Below are positions 8,178 through 17,259 of a stretch of 31,897 bases of DNA, piece by piece. Within the stretch, counting starts at the first letter, position 1, and each line of letters opens with the position of its first letter. A program made the translations under genes and the position numbers. The stretch is from a virus. The notes under the pieces are model-generated. The model saw nothing but the letters and a program-made list of their open reading frames with translations. It was not told where the DNA came from and searched no databases. The stretch covers positions 1-31,897 of IMG/VR virus record IMGVR_UViG_3300000973_000001. One strand, 5' to 3'.

Positions 8178-9934
8178 TATCCTATACTTGCTGTTTCTAC
8201 TATGTTTCTATCTAATGCCTGTGCATTTGTTACATCATTTGATACAACGTATGCTTTTACAGGTTGTCTATCTCTTTGTCCTATTGCCTGTGCTAATTGA
8301 TTTTCGGGTGATGCTCCTACAACATTAAACGCAGGTGCTTGTTGTGGTGCTGATGCTTGACCTCTCATAGACGGTGCTTGTGCGCCTGCACTCTTCTTAT
8401 TTGACTTTAAATCCGATATAGCCTTTGCTGCACCCGCTACACTACCTGCAATCGATACTCCTGCCATTACGTTGTTTATACCAACCCAAGGCATACCACC
8501 TGTTAATGGTGAGGCTGCAATAGACTTTGCATTTGCTACTGCTGTGTTCGATATGATTTTACTAATTGCACCTACTTGCTCTGTAACAATACCTGCTATT
8601 GCTAGTGCTTTACCCTCTTTACCAAACGCTTCTGCTACTTGTTGTAAATTACCAAAGAACTCCTGTGCCTTAGCAACCTGTGATTGACGTTCTTCCTCTG
8701 CAATTTCGATCATTGAAATTTTGTGTTCTGTACGTGCTTTTGATATTAACTTGTTACGCTCATCCTCATTTGTTACCTCTTGGTTTATAAAGCGCATTTG
8801 TTCTTCCAATTTAGCATCGTTTTCCATACGTTGCCTTTCAAACTCACTTGCACCGATCATAGCCAATTCATTACCTATCTCGATACGTTCCTTGTCAAGT
8901 GATAAATCGTTAGACTTCTGTTCAGCCATCATACCTGTTACACGTGCATTAATTGCTAGTAACTCGTTTTCTGCTCGTATAAACTCCAACCTATCTTCAT
9001 CAAGACCACTTAACTCGTATTGTGCTTTTGCTGCGTCTCGTATCTTCTCTGCATTTTTGGTCATTACCTCTGCCTGTTCCTCTAATATACCCTTGAGTTT
9101 ATTATTGGCTTCTATCCTTGCTGCAATACCCGAACGCTCATCGTCTCTTATCTGTCTCTGTTCCTCTGCTAATATATCGTACTGCTCGATAAGACCTTGG
9201 TTAATTGCTTCTGACCTTTCTGCTTCTTTATTAAGAGTAACCACTGCCTTAGCCTGTTGGTACGTCTTTGTAGTATAGTCTGTAACCGCTGATACAACCT
9301 TTGAAACAGTCTCTTTAACCTTGTTAAGCGAATCGTCTTGTCCTGTCAATACATCAACCGACTCCTTACCTGCTTCTTTTAATGAATCTACTGCACCCGA
9401 AAAATCACCCTTAAAGAACTTAACCGCTGCTTGACCTAATAACCCCAGTACTTCTTTAGCTTGTTCTATACGATCGTAAAACCCTTCTTTTATTGCATTA
9501 CCTAGATCATATACAGACTGTTTTGGATCTTCAAATATAGACTTAAAAAACTGCTGTACCTTGCCAAAGTTATTGAACACAAAGTTCGTAAAATCTGTGA
9601 TCACCTGCGTTGCCATTGTACCCGCTACTTGAAATGCATCTAAATACGTTTGGTTATTCTTAAAAGCTTCTGCAAGTGCATTAAATAGTTCGTTCGCAAT
9701 AAAGAAAACACCCGAAGCCTTAAACAGGTTTCCAATAGATGTAAGTTGCTTGAACATATTCTTCAAACCCTTCGTGCCTTTTGTCGCACCCTTACCTACA
9801 TCTGCTAACTCCTTACCGCCTTTGCTTGTGTCATCTAATTTATCTACTATTGTACCTAATAGGTCAACGACATCTTTAAGGTCTTTTTCGGACTTACCTG
9901 TTTTTACTTCAAGTTCTATTTCTCTTCTTTCCAT
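8177..9934 (-). CDS. Tape-measure-like coiled-coil protein (585 aa)
   Basis: Long helical, Ala/Glu/Lys-rich sequence with a hydrophobic Gly/Ala segment (PWVGINNVMAGVSIAGSVAGAAKAI) near the C-terminus. Confidence 0.45.
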   Translation of the reverse strand: MERREIELEVKTGKSEKDLKDVVDLLGTIVDKLDDTSKGGKELADVGKGATKGTKGLKNMFKQLTSIGNLFKASGVFFIANELFNALAEAFKNNQTYLDAFQVAGTMATQVITDFTNFVFNNFGKVQQFFKSIFEDPKQSVYDLGNAIKEGFYDRIEQAKEVLGLLGQAAVKFFKGDFSGAVDSLKEAGKESVDVLTGQDDSLNKVKETVSKVVSAVTDYTTKTYQQAKAVVTLNKEAERSEAINQGLIEQYDILAEEQRQIRDDERSGIAARIEANNKLKGILEEQAEVMTKNAEKIRDAAKAQYELSGLDEDRLEFIRAENELLAINARVTGMMAEQKSNDLSLDKERIEIGNELAMIGASEFERQRMENDAKLEEQMRFINQEVTNEDERNKLISKARTEHKISMIEIAEEERQSQVAKAQEFFGNLQQVAEAFGKEGKALAIAGIVTEQVGAISKIISNTAVANAKSIAASPLTGGMPWVGINNVMAGVSIAGSVAGAAKAISDLKSNKKSAGAQAPSMRGQASAPQQAPAFNVVGASPENQLAQAIGQRDRQPVKAYVVSNDVTNAQALDRNIVETASIG

Positions 9935-10071
9935 AATTGTCTGCGTAACAATTTAACACCCTCTTTCATTGTGTGTGGATACTTATGAATACCAAGTGCT
10001 ATATCAATATAACGACCACGTACCTTATTTTTCTTTATTACATCCAATAATTCTAATATATTCTCTATCAT
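9916..10071 (-). CDS. Small ORF (51 aa), absent from the supplied ORF track
   Basis: Hand translation MIENILELLDVIKKNKVRGRYIDIALGIHKYPHTMKEGVKLLRRQLWKEEK. TAATG overlap with the upstream stop (10071) and a 19-nt overlap with the next gene. It fills an otherwise empty 136-nt gap. Confidence 0.5.
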   Translation of the reverse strand: MIENILELLDVIKKNKVRGRYIDIALGIHKYPHTMKEGVKLLRRQLWKEEK

Positions 10072-12248
10072 TACACTCTTTCTATATCGTTATCTGCTGT
10101 TACTTTCGTTGTGTCTGCCGTTGCTACATCACTATCTACTGTTTTTGTAAGATCATTCTGATTATCTACAATATCAGCAGTCAAATTACGTGCTTCAAAG
10201 CTAGATACCTCATTAATTAACTCTAAATCACTTAACCCTGTCTCAAAGTTAGTCTTTATACTGTTAATCTTATAAAGATTTGTGAATACTATTAGCTTGT
10301 CTTGTAATTTTAGGTTTAACAGCACCTTCATTGGTAAGTATGCTTTAAACTTTGACAATCTTCTATCGACACTAAACGTGTCTAATATGTATGTGCTGTA
10401 AAACTCTTGAAATAAACTCTGCTCAAATACAGTACCTGTGTACTCGCTTAACTCTGCGTTGAAGTTTATACTATTTGTGCTTGACGTTGGATCAACAGCG
10501 TTACTCGGTATGTGATATGTTGTAATCGCTTCTTTTGCTGATGTAGTCTTTCTAACAGATAAAGCATCACCACCCGTTACCTTGTGTGGGTAGAATAATA
10601 ACGGTAGTCCTTTGTAAGGGTCTTGATTGTCATCCACCGACCACCCCCATTGTATAGTCGTACCTGCATTACTAGAACCTGCGTCTAATAACCTCTCAAA
10701 TTTATGGTGTTCAAATGGTAACTCAATCTTGTAAGTACCGCCTTCGTATATCCCTTTGTTATTAAAATGTGCTGTACCCCAATCAAGGTTTGTAAGTTCT
10801 CGATGTTGGTTAGAGAATATTGTCTTGTTACCTTTATACCCTAATGTAATCTCACTATAAGGCATAATTGAATTAACCTCACTCGTTGTTTTATCTATAA
10901 AGTCTGTAACGTCATACGAGTTTGTACTACTTTCGTAAAAGCTATCTAAGGTTCTAATAATTATCTCATCATCTTCTTGATACGCTGTTAGGTTAAACAT
11001 CTTAAATAACCCTGTAAGAAAGTCAAGTACTTTTATTTCAGGTATCTGATTGGTTGCAACTATATCAATATCTGTTGTAGTTGTTAAAGACGAATCAGCA
11101 TATCCTATTTCATTTGTCCAATAACCTATCCTTTTAACGTGATGTTTGATAAATACTTTACAATTAAACGAAGCACTATCTTCTGTTGCTATATGAAACG
11201 TGTACATATCCTCTCCTGCCTCAAACCTGTAATCAGTTTTAAAATCTAGGAATGAGTCATAACCTGTACTCACAAATCCATCTTCTCTAAAATACTCTTC
11301 ACCGTTTTTCTTTACTATGAAGTCATATACCGTTCCTGCTGCTACTCTAATGTAACACTTTATAACTCTTCTAACATCGTTTGGATGATGTTTATAGTTT
11401 TTGTATCCTAAACTTGTGAACCCACTATATGCGTTTCTATCACCACCTAAATCACTAAAGGTTGTAAACTGCTTTTCCCTTTTATTATCGTCATCTTCAA
11501 GTACTCCACCCTTCTTTCTGTGCATCCACATATAAAGGTTATAGAACGGCTCATTGGTCTTGTTGAAAAAGTCCTTACTAAATTTTAAACCATACTGCTT
11601 TTCTATTGCTCGTGTAATCGCATACACTCTAATTGCAGGTTTAAGTTCTTCAAACTTTACTCCTTTAGCAGTACTACCATTGTGAACGTTACCGCTTAGT
11701 GCATCATCTTCTGTACTGTTGTAATAAAGCCTTTGAGTATGAGTAATTAAAGGTACAAGTAACGCATCGGTAAAAGTCTCACCGCTACTGTTTACTGTCT
11801 TTGGAGTCTGCATAAGGTTTATGATACTGTCTGCATCATACTGAATACCAAAATCCGATAACATAAACAACGCATCTAACTTATCCTCACCTAATAAGTC
11901 TTTAAGGTTTACTGCCTTTCCGAAAAACGTAAGTCTGTAATTTACAGGTTCATTGTTAGACATCTGTACTCCTTCTAACTTGATCTTACCCTTTTTAAAC
12001 GGTTTGTAATTTAACAGCAACTCTGCATCCTTCTTGTTACGTGCATCGAAACCTACAATGTTATGATTATAGAAGTGCTTAAATATACGATTATTGACTT
12101 TTGAAGCAGGTACATTAAACGTTTGTGTAAAGTCTGTAAATATCTTTTGTATATCTCTGACGTTCTGCAACGTCTGTGTGAGTGTTACGCTCTCATTATC
12201 GTGCAACTCGACTTGTTCACCCTCTATAAATAATTGTAGGTCTAACAT
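10071..12248 (-). CDS. Large tail/baseplate-hub-like structural protein (725 aa)
   Basis: Size, position in the tail module, and N-terminus (LQLFIEGEQVELHDNESVTLTQTLQNVRDIQKIFTDFTQTFNVPASKVNNRIF) resembling phage distal-tail/hub proteins. Confidence 0.4.
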   Translation of the reverse strand: MLDLQLFIEGEQVELHDNESVTLTQTLQNVRDIQKIFTDFTQTFNVPASKVNNRIFKHFYNHNIVGFDARNKKDAELLLNYKPFKKGKIKLEGVQMSNNEPVNYRLTFFGKAVNLKDLLGEDKLDALFMLSDFGIQYDADSIINLMQTPKTVNSSGETFTDALLVPLITHTQRLYYNSTEDDALSGNVHNGSTAKGVKFEELKPAIRVYAITRAIEKQYGLKFSKDFFNKTNEPFYNLYMWMHRKKGGVLEDDDNKREKQFTTFSDLGGDRNAYSGFTSLGYKNYKHHPNDVRRVIKCYIRVAAGTVYDFIVKKNGEEYFREDGFVSTGYDSFLDFKTDYRFEAGEDMYTFHIATEDSASFNCKVFIKHHVKRIGYWTNEIGYADSSLTTTTDIDIVATNQIPEIKVLDFLTGLFKMFNLTAYQEDDEIIIRTLDSFYESSTNSYDVTDFIDKTTSEVNSIMPYSEITLGYKGNKTIFSNQHRELTNLDWGTAHFNNKGIYEGGTYKIELPFEHHKFERLLDAGSSNAGTTIQWGWSVDDNQDPYKGLPLLFYPHKVTGGDALSVRKTTSAKEAITTYHIPSNAVDPTSSTNSINFNAELSEYTGTVFEQSLFQEFYSTYILDTFSVDRRLSKFKAYLPMKVLLNLKLQDKLIVFTNLYKINSIKTNFETGLSDLELINEVSSFEARNLTADIVDNQNDLTKTVDSDVATADTTKVTADNDIERV

Positions 12249-13237
12249 TATCTAACGTTGTTTATCTTGTTAAATGCAAACTCAAACTCTACTGTATAAT
12301 TAATGAGTTTATCATTAAGGCTTGTTTTAAACGTCATACTCTTTGTCTTTGGTATAATCGGTAATGTTTTACCATCCCATCTTATCCATACATTTTCTGA
12401 CAAAAACAATTCCTCTAATGCACTATTAAAATCCTCTTTTACAAACCCTGTGTTTAATGTTAAATTAGTAATTGCATTAACGTTGTACCTCTGTTGCTGT
12501 CCACTATACGTTTTATAATCTAAGGTTGCTGTATTAACACTATTCCTCTTGTACGTTTCATCTGTTACGCTAAAACTCTCTACGGTCTTTTTAAAGAAGT
12601 ATATATCTTGATATGCACCGTACTTATTAACAAATGTTACCTTATGTTCTGTGTACTTTGGATCACAAATATTGTTTACCGTGATCGTCTGCAATACTGT
12701 TGTATCATCCGTGTCATATATCTCTACCTCATCTGAATCAGCAGGTATTGTAATGTACTGTATCTTTTGATTACTGTTTCCGTTATCTGTTATCTGTGTA
12801 TCTGTGCTATCAATAGAGACTTTACCTACTCCTTCTGCGAATATAGGTATCTTTCCTGCTGTACCTTCGGGTAAATAAACGTTGCTTGTAGTCATTAATA
12901 GGTTATCGCTCAATGCAGGGTTTATCTCATCTTCAAAGTACCCGAACCCGTCAAATGCTAAGTAGTGTGATGTCTGTGTTCCATTTGAATCGTACACTTG
13001 ATGTGTGTCTGAATCAATGTAGTTCTCTATAATTGTTACCCATACCGTTGTGCTTATGTAATCGTCATTAAAAGTAATGTTTATATAATCTCTTACTAAC
13101 TGTGATATTTCTAACACAATATTGTCTTGACTCGACAAACGGTCTTTTGATAAAGTGTATTTAAGGTCTGTATCCTCATACGTGCCTTTTGTACCTGTGT
13201 AGATGTATATATCTAAGTCTATTCTTTCTAATGCCAT
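12248..13237 (-). CDS. Tail structural protein (329 aa, Dit-like position)
   Basis: Stop abuts the start of the 725-aa gene (shared nt 12248). Beta-rich composition. Confidence 0.35.
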   Translation of the reverse strand: MALERIDLDIYIYTGTKGTYEDTDLKYTLSKDRLSSQDNIVLEISQLVRDYINITFNDDYISTTVWVTIIENYIDSDTHQVYDSNGTQTSHYLAFDGFGYFEDEINPALSDNLLMTTSNVYLPEGTAGKIPIFAEGVGKVSIDSTDTQITDNGNSNQKIQYITIPADSDEVEIYDTDDTTVLQTITVNNICDPKYTEHKVTFVNKYGAYQDIYFFKKTVESFSVTDETYKRNSVNTATLDYKTYSGQQQRYNVNAITNLTLNTGFVKEDFNSALEELFLSENVWIRWDGKTLPIIPKTKSMTFKTSLNDKLINYTVEFEFAFNKINNVR

Positions 13238-13247
13238 AATTTATTTT

Positions 13248-14756
13248 TTAACTTAAAATGTCTCCATCACCGCCACTTGTACTGCCATCAGCACAATTAT
13301 ACGTGTCAATCTCTTGTACGATACCCGAATCATCAATTCTTATATATTTCCAGTAACCGTAAGCACCGCCAACGGCTACCCCACTTGTTGCAGCGTAACC
13401 ATAAACTATTGAACCACCTGTGAAATCACCGCCATCCTCTCTACATATCTTATCACCTACTGCCATAAAATCAAAAGCAACTGCCGTGCTGTATAACTTT
13501 GTATATGTTGTGTGATTAAGTCCACAAAGACCTGCAGGGTCTGCTGCTTGTGCATAGGTAATGTAAAACGCTGTCTCACCACACTCTTCACCTGTACCAG
13601 GCTGTGTTACTGGTATATCGCAAGTAATATCATCACCGCCTGAGTTACTATAATTTGTTGAAGGTGGAGTAATTGTTACAGTAATTGTTCTTGGTGTGTC
13701 ATTTTGTACTGGAAAAAACCCTTGTGGAGCCCAGCTAACTAATGTACCGTTATAAGAAGTAGGTGCTGCAACTGTTCCTTTTTTTGATATTACAATTCCA
13801 CTAATAGCTGCTTCTGCACAATCAAACTCATTCGGGTCATCTGACGATGGCTGTGTGAAAGGTCTATCACAATCTAGTGTTGCACCTACCGAATAATTAT
13901 TATAACCTTGTGGAATATACATTCTGTATGTTATGTTCTTGGTAACAGGACTTCCACTTGTATTAGCACCTACATTGTAGGGTGATGTTATAACATTTCC
14001 GTTATATAACAGTTCCTTTAACCTCCACCCTGCTTTAAACGCTGATAAAGAGTGGTCGCCATTTTGGTAAACCTTACCACCTAAGAATTGCACATCATCA
14101 CAATCTGCATCTTCCGTACAAGGTGTGCTAAAGTTGAAAGTGTTTGAATTAGCTGTACAAGCATCATTAGAGTTTCTTGCAACTACAACAAAGTCTGCAT
14201 TTAAACAGTTATAAGGGCTTGATATTGTCATTGTACTGCCTGTAATATCGTATGTTATTAACGTGCTACCTGTTTGCTTAACCACGTAATTACTAATAGT
14301 CGCACCGCTACCTGCCGTGAAATATGTAGATAGGTTTATTGTTGTGCTTGTGCTATTTGTTACGTCTGGAATTCCATCATCATCGGGGGGATCTGTTGCT
14401 CCAAAAGTAGGACAGTTATCGTTTTGGTCAGGGTCTTCTTGTGCTGTTTGACTCGGTTGGTCAAAATCTAAATCACATTGGTAAGTACTATCATCATAGT
14501 TTGAGTAGCCTACTGGTATCTGTAAAGTGTATGTAACTGTTCTTGGTATATCACTACCTGTTGTGTTTTCAGGAAACTCTGTATGTGAACGGTCTATAAT
14601 GTATCCTATCTGTGGAGTAGGCTCTGTAATAAGACCTGAACTACTAATCGAGAAGTTTCTTAAATTAGCAACATCACAATCGTATGTACCTAATGATGGT
14701 GTAGGTTCTTGAAACTCTAGGAAGTATGGACTTCTAACATTAATCTTTGTACTCAT
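13248..14756 (-). CDS. Structural protein with three Cys-bracketed internal repeats (502 aa)
   Basis: Repeat cores are PRTVTYTLQIPVGYSNYDDSTYQCDLDFDQP, VTKNITYRMYIPQGYNNYSVGATLDCDRPFTQP and PRTITVTITPPSTNYSNSGGDDITCDIPVTQP. Each module begins with xDC. Confidence 0.6.
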   Translation of the reverse strand: MSTKINVRSPYFLEFQEPTPSLGTYDCDVANLRNFSISSSGLITEPTPQIGYIIDRSHTEFPENTTGSDIPRTVTYTLQIPVGYSNYDDSTYQCDLDFDQPSQTAQEDPDQNDNCPTFGATDPPDDDGIPDVTNSTSTTINLSTYFTAGSGATISNYVVKQTGSTLITYDITGSTMTISSPYNCLNADFVVVARNSNDACTANSNTFNFSTPCTEDADCDDVQFLGGKVYQNGDHSLSAFKAGWRLKELLYNGNVITSPYNVGANTSGSPVTKNITYRMYIPQGYNNYSVGATLDCDRPFTQPSSDDPNEFDCAEAAISGIVISKKGTVAAPTSYNGTLVSWAPQGFFPVQNDTPRTITVTITPPSTNYSNSGGDDITCDIPVTQPGTGEECGETAFYITYAQAADPAGLCGLNHTTYTKLYSTAVAFDFMAVGDKICREDGGDFTGGSIVYGYAATSGVAVGGAYGYWKYIRIDDSGIVQEIDTYNCADGSTSGGDGDILS

Positions 14757-15244
14757 AATATATCGTCTATGTCTTTTAAAAATGCACTTACAACGTCATC
14801 ACCGAAACGTGCATAAGCTAGGTTAAATGGTCTTGTAAAAAACAATGATGGCTTTATACCCTTCTTGTAAATACTGTTTTGTAATATGAACCCTATCGTT
14901 TTATAGTTTCCCTTTGCATACCTACCTTTCTCATCACGTAATCTAAACCGTCTTGCCTTTGCCCACTCCATTAGTGGTTTCATTGGTGGCTTCTTGTTTG
15001 TAAATGCGTATGGTGTGCTGTATCTCTTCTCTTTACCGCTTACCCCTTTATCTACAAACTTACCGTAATCATTCATATCAAAGGATACCTTGATACCATC
15101 CTCTGTATCTTCTACAATGTATTGTAATGAATCGTATAACGATCCCGATAGCGTTTTCTTCTTTCTTGTTAATGCGCTTCTACTCTGTGTAACAACGTAC
15201 TGACCGAACTGCTGTAATACTTCACGTGTTCTTTTTAATCGCAT
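14753..15244 (-). CDS. Head-tail joining protein, HK97 gp10-like (163 aa)
   Basis: 4-nt overlap with the downstream gene. The pattern ...SGSLYDSLQY...YGKFVDKGV... resembles the gp10 family. The assignment is tentative. Confidence 0.35.
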   Translation of the reverse strand: MRLKRTREVLQQFGQYVVTQSRSALTRKKKTLSGSLYDSLQYIVEDTEDGIKVSFDMNDYGKFVDKGVSGKEKRYSTPYAFTNKKPPMKPLMEWAKARRFRLRDEKGRYAKGNYKTIGFILQNSIYKKGIKPSLFFTRPFNLAYARFGDDVVSAFLKDIDDIL

Positions 15245-15708
15245 ATGTCAATATCGTTTTGAATAAGCACATCGAACGTACAAGACCACCCTGTTAGTAA
15301 ATGTTCAAACCTATCTACAAATGGCTCACACGAAGGCGTTCCATCTACTTGATACTTGTCTGTGTATAGAGTACCTCTTGACAATTTAGATAACAGTAGA
15401 TTAAGAACTGCTAATTGTGTATTGAGTACGTCTTGCTCATTCGTGTTACCTGTGAATATATCTGTTGTTTCGTCTTTAGACACATCCACAATATCCATAC
15501 AGAGTACTGATACGCTTAACCTCCAATGGTTAGTATTAAACTGTGCGCTGTTTACAATAATGTGCGCAAGAGGAAATATCGTCTGTTTAGATAAGTCTAC
15601 ATCTGAAATGTCTCCTGTTGTAACTGTATTGACATTAACATCATCTAGTAATGTATCTCTAAGTGTCTTAGTTATCTGATAATATCCTCTTACTCCTTGA
15701 TTGCTCAT
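15235..15708 (-). CDS. Neck/tail-completion-like protein (157 aa)
   Basis: Position in the neck region and overlap with both neighbours. Weak resemblance to tail-completion proteins (..TTGDISDVDLSKQTIFPLAHIIV..). Confidence 0.3.
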   Translation of the reverse strand: MSNQGVRGYYQITKTLRDTLLDDVNVNTVTTGDISDVDLSKQTIFPLAHIIVNSAQFNTNHWRLSVSVLCMDIVDVSKDETTDIFTGNTNEQDVLNTQLAVLNLLLSKLSRGTLYTDKYQVDGTPSCEPFVDRFEHLLTGWSCTFDVLIQNDIDICD

Positions 15709-15962
15709 CTTGTATTGTGTTTAATCTGCTTTGCTTCGTACTCGTTCTTTTCTTTTAGAAAGACTAACATTGTTAGGCATTCGTGCATTGTCATTTTTGT
15801 GATATGTTCAAATCTTGTAATATCTCCTTGAGCGAGTGCATATATGCTTTGATACCACCCCCATTTTCTTCCAAAATTTGCTTCAACTCCGAGTCCATCC
15901 CCTCCATTTCCAAACAATTCATCGTAACGTTCACTAATTCCTTGTTTAAATGATAAAAAAAA
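15705..15962 (-). CDS. -1-frame extension, giving a predicted fusion of about 246 aa with 15791..16444
   Basis: The -1 frame is open from about 16000 to 15705. After a slip at the U9 run it reads ...AYVFF/LSFKQGISERYDELFGNGGDGLGVEANFGRKWGWYQSIYALAQGDITRFEHITKM... Confidence 0.45.
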   Translation of the reverse strand, partial: FFLSFKQGISERYDELFGNGGDGLGVEANFGRKWGWYQSIYALAQGDITRFEHITKMTMHECLTMLVFLKEKNEYEAKQIKHNTR

Positions 15963-16444
15963 ACATAGGCACCTAACGCTACATCTAGTGGCATATCCAA
16001 ATAATCATTGGCTTTATCCGTACCCTTGTAAGGTTCTATGTCGTAACGATCGTCTTTGGAGTGTGTTATAGGTCTAAACAGAACCGCCATAGCCTTGTGC
16101 ATATTGTTTGGGTCTGATAAGTAGTTATCGAGATCAATGTACTCTCCTAAACTAATGTCATCTAATACAGGGATAAATCCGTACTCTGTACCGTGCATTG
16201 TGAATCGGTTAATGAATTTGCTTTTATGCTTGAATAACCCTTGTATATGCTCTACTGTATCTACTAGGCTCTTGTATCTAATGTTTGCTACATCCTTTAA
16301 GTCTATACCACAGAATATCTCTACTAACTTCTGCATATAGAATGGTGTTGCTAAATCTACATCTTGATCTAGACGTACAAACTTCTGATACTGTTTTAAG
16401 GTAACTTCACTAAGACTTGATGGTACAAGAATACTCGCTTTCAT
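15791..16444 (-). CDS. Chaperone-like protein, 0-frame product (217 aa)
   Basis: First gene after terminator 16477..16504. It contains the U9 slippery run and overlaps the -1-frame ORF 15705..15962. Confidence 0.55.
   Translation of the reverse strand: MKASILVPSSLSEVTLKQYQKFVRLDQDVDLATPFYMQKLVEIFCGIDLKDVANIRYKSLVDTVEHIQGLFKHKSKFINRFTMHGTEYGFIPVLDDISLGEYIDLDNYLSDPNNMHKAMAVLFRPITHSKDDRYDIEPYKGTDKANDYLDMPLDVALGAYVFFYHLNKELVNVTMNCLEMEGMDSELKQILEENGGGIKAYMHSLKEILQDLNISQK
15955..15963 (-). other. U9 slippery run (U UUU UUU in the 0 frame), candidate -1 programmed frameshift or transcriptional slippage site
   Basis: A9 on the plus strand. In gene sense it reads GTT TTT TTT TAT, so the heptamer T TTT TTT is correctly phased (X XXY YYZ). 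Confidence 0.45.
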
Positions 16445-16476
16445 ATTAACATAACGTTTTAATGGTACACTTTTGC

Positions 16477-16504
16477 ATACAAAAGGGCATCATTTCTGAC
16501 ACCC
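16477..16504 (-). terminator. Rho-independent terminator closing cassette B
   Basis: Gene-sense GGGUGUCA-GAAA-UGAUGCCC (8 bp including 2 G-U pairs, GNRA loop) followed by UUUUGUAUG. Confidence 0.55.
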
Positions 16505-16538
16505 CTCTGATCCAATCAACTATAAACACAAACAAAAA

Positions 16539-16922
16539 TTATATCCTTTCTTCGATCGACTCTCTAATTGCCGCTCTTTTGCAACTGGTCGAACAAAACT
16601 TATCTTCTATATCTTCAACTGCATTCCCACAATGTTCGCATCCGAAATGGTGGTAATCATTGATAATGTGTTCTGCAATCTCATAATAATTTACTGTCGA
16701 CACAAAAGCATTTGCATAATCTAACGCTAACCCTTCTCCCTCTATTTCTAAAATCGAGTACACGTGATCACTTAACGCTTCTGCCATATCGCTTTGGTCT
16801 GTGCCGTGCTCATCGTACCACGTTTGACCATCGCCATCAAAAATCTCTAACGCAACTCTCCACGTTGCATAATTTGTCCATCCGTTGTATTGTGTGTTTT
16901 TCATACTTTGTGTGTTTTCCAT
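16539..16922 (-). CDS. Acidic protein with an NGWTNYATW motif and a C-terminal Cys4 zinc-ribbon-like tail (127 aa)
   Basis: Motifs YNGWTNYATWRVALEIFDGD and CEHCGNAV...CSTSC. Second gene of the insulated cassette and followed by terminator 16477..16504. Confidence 0.55.
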   Translation of the reverse strand: MENTQSMKNTQYNGWTNYATWRVALEIFDGDGQTWYDEHGTDQSDMAEALSDHVYSILEIEGEGLALDYANAFVSTVNYYEIAEHIINDYHHFGCEHCGNAVEDIEDKFCSTSCKRAAIRESIEERI

Positions 16923-16931
16923 ATCTTAAAT

Positions 16932-17234
16932 TTACAAAATTCTTGTGTTACTACCAAATTGGTTACGCCATTCGTGTGCGTCTTGTATCGTCTTGTGCTT
17001 GTCTCCTAAAACCTTACCACATATTGGTACTAATTCTGTGAGGAATAAACCTTTGAACTTTACTTGACGTGTGGCTTTGTGTCCTACCACATCTAAACGT
17101 TCCATCTTACGACCTTGATAACCGTGTGGTCTATCCTCATCGTCAAACGCTAAATCAATACTACCTAAATACTTTTTTGTCTCTGGGCATATCACATCTA
17201 ATTGATAACCCATAATTTCAAATCTTGTGTCCAT
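16932..17234 (-). CDS. Hypothetical protein (100 aa from the ATG at 17234)
   Basis: The track start at 17270 is a TTG that lies inside the promoter -7 box. The first ATG (MDTRFEIMGYQ...) is 22 nt downstream of the predicted transcription start. Confidence 0.5.
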   Translation of the reverse strand: MDTRFEIMGYQLDVICPETKKYLGSIDLAFDDEDRPHGYQGRKMERLDVVGHKATRQVKFKGLFLTELVPICGKVLGDKHKTIQDAHEWRNQFGSNTRIL

Positions 17235-17259
17235 TGTGTGTTGTTTTTCTATTACTCTG

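Noticed and set aside
8721-9278. Long plus-strand ORFs inside minus-strand genes (for example 8721..9278 at 185 aa, 1879..2238, 4439..4789, 4790..5137, 26971..27342).
   Set aside because: They lie antisense to well-supported genes. Their Ser/Leu/Cys-rich low-complexity translations carry no motifs, and they break the otherwise perfect single-strand packing. They are shadow ORFs.
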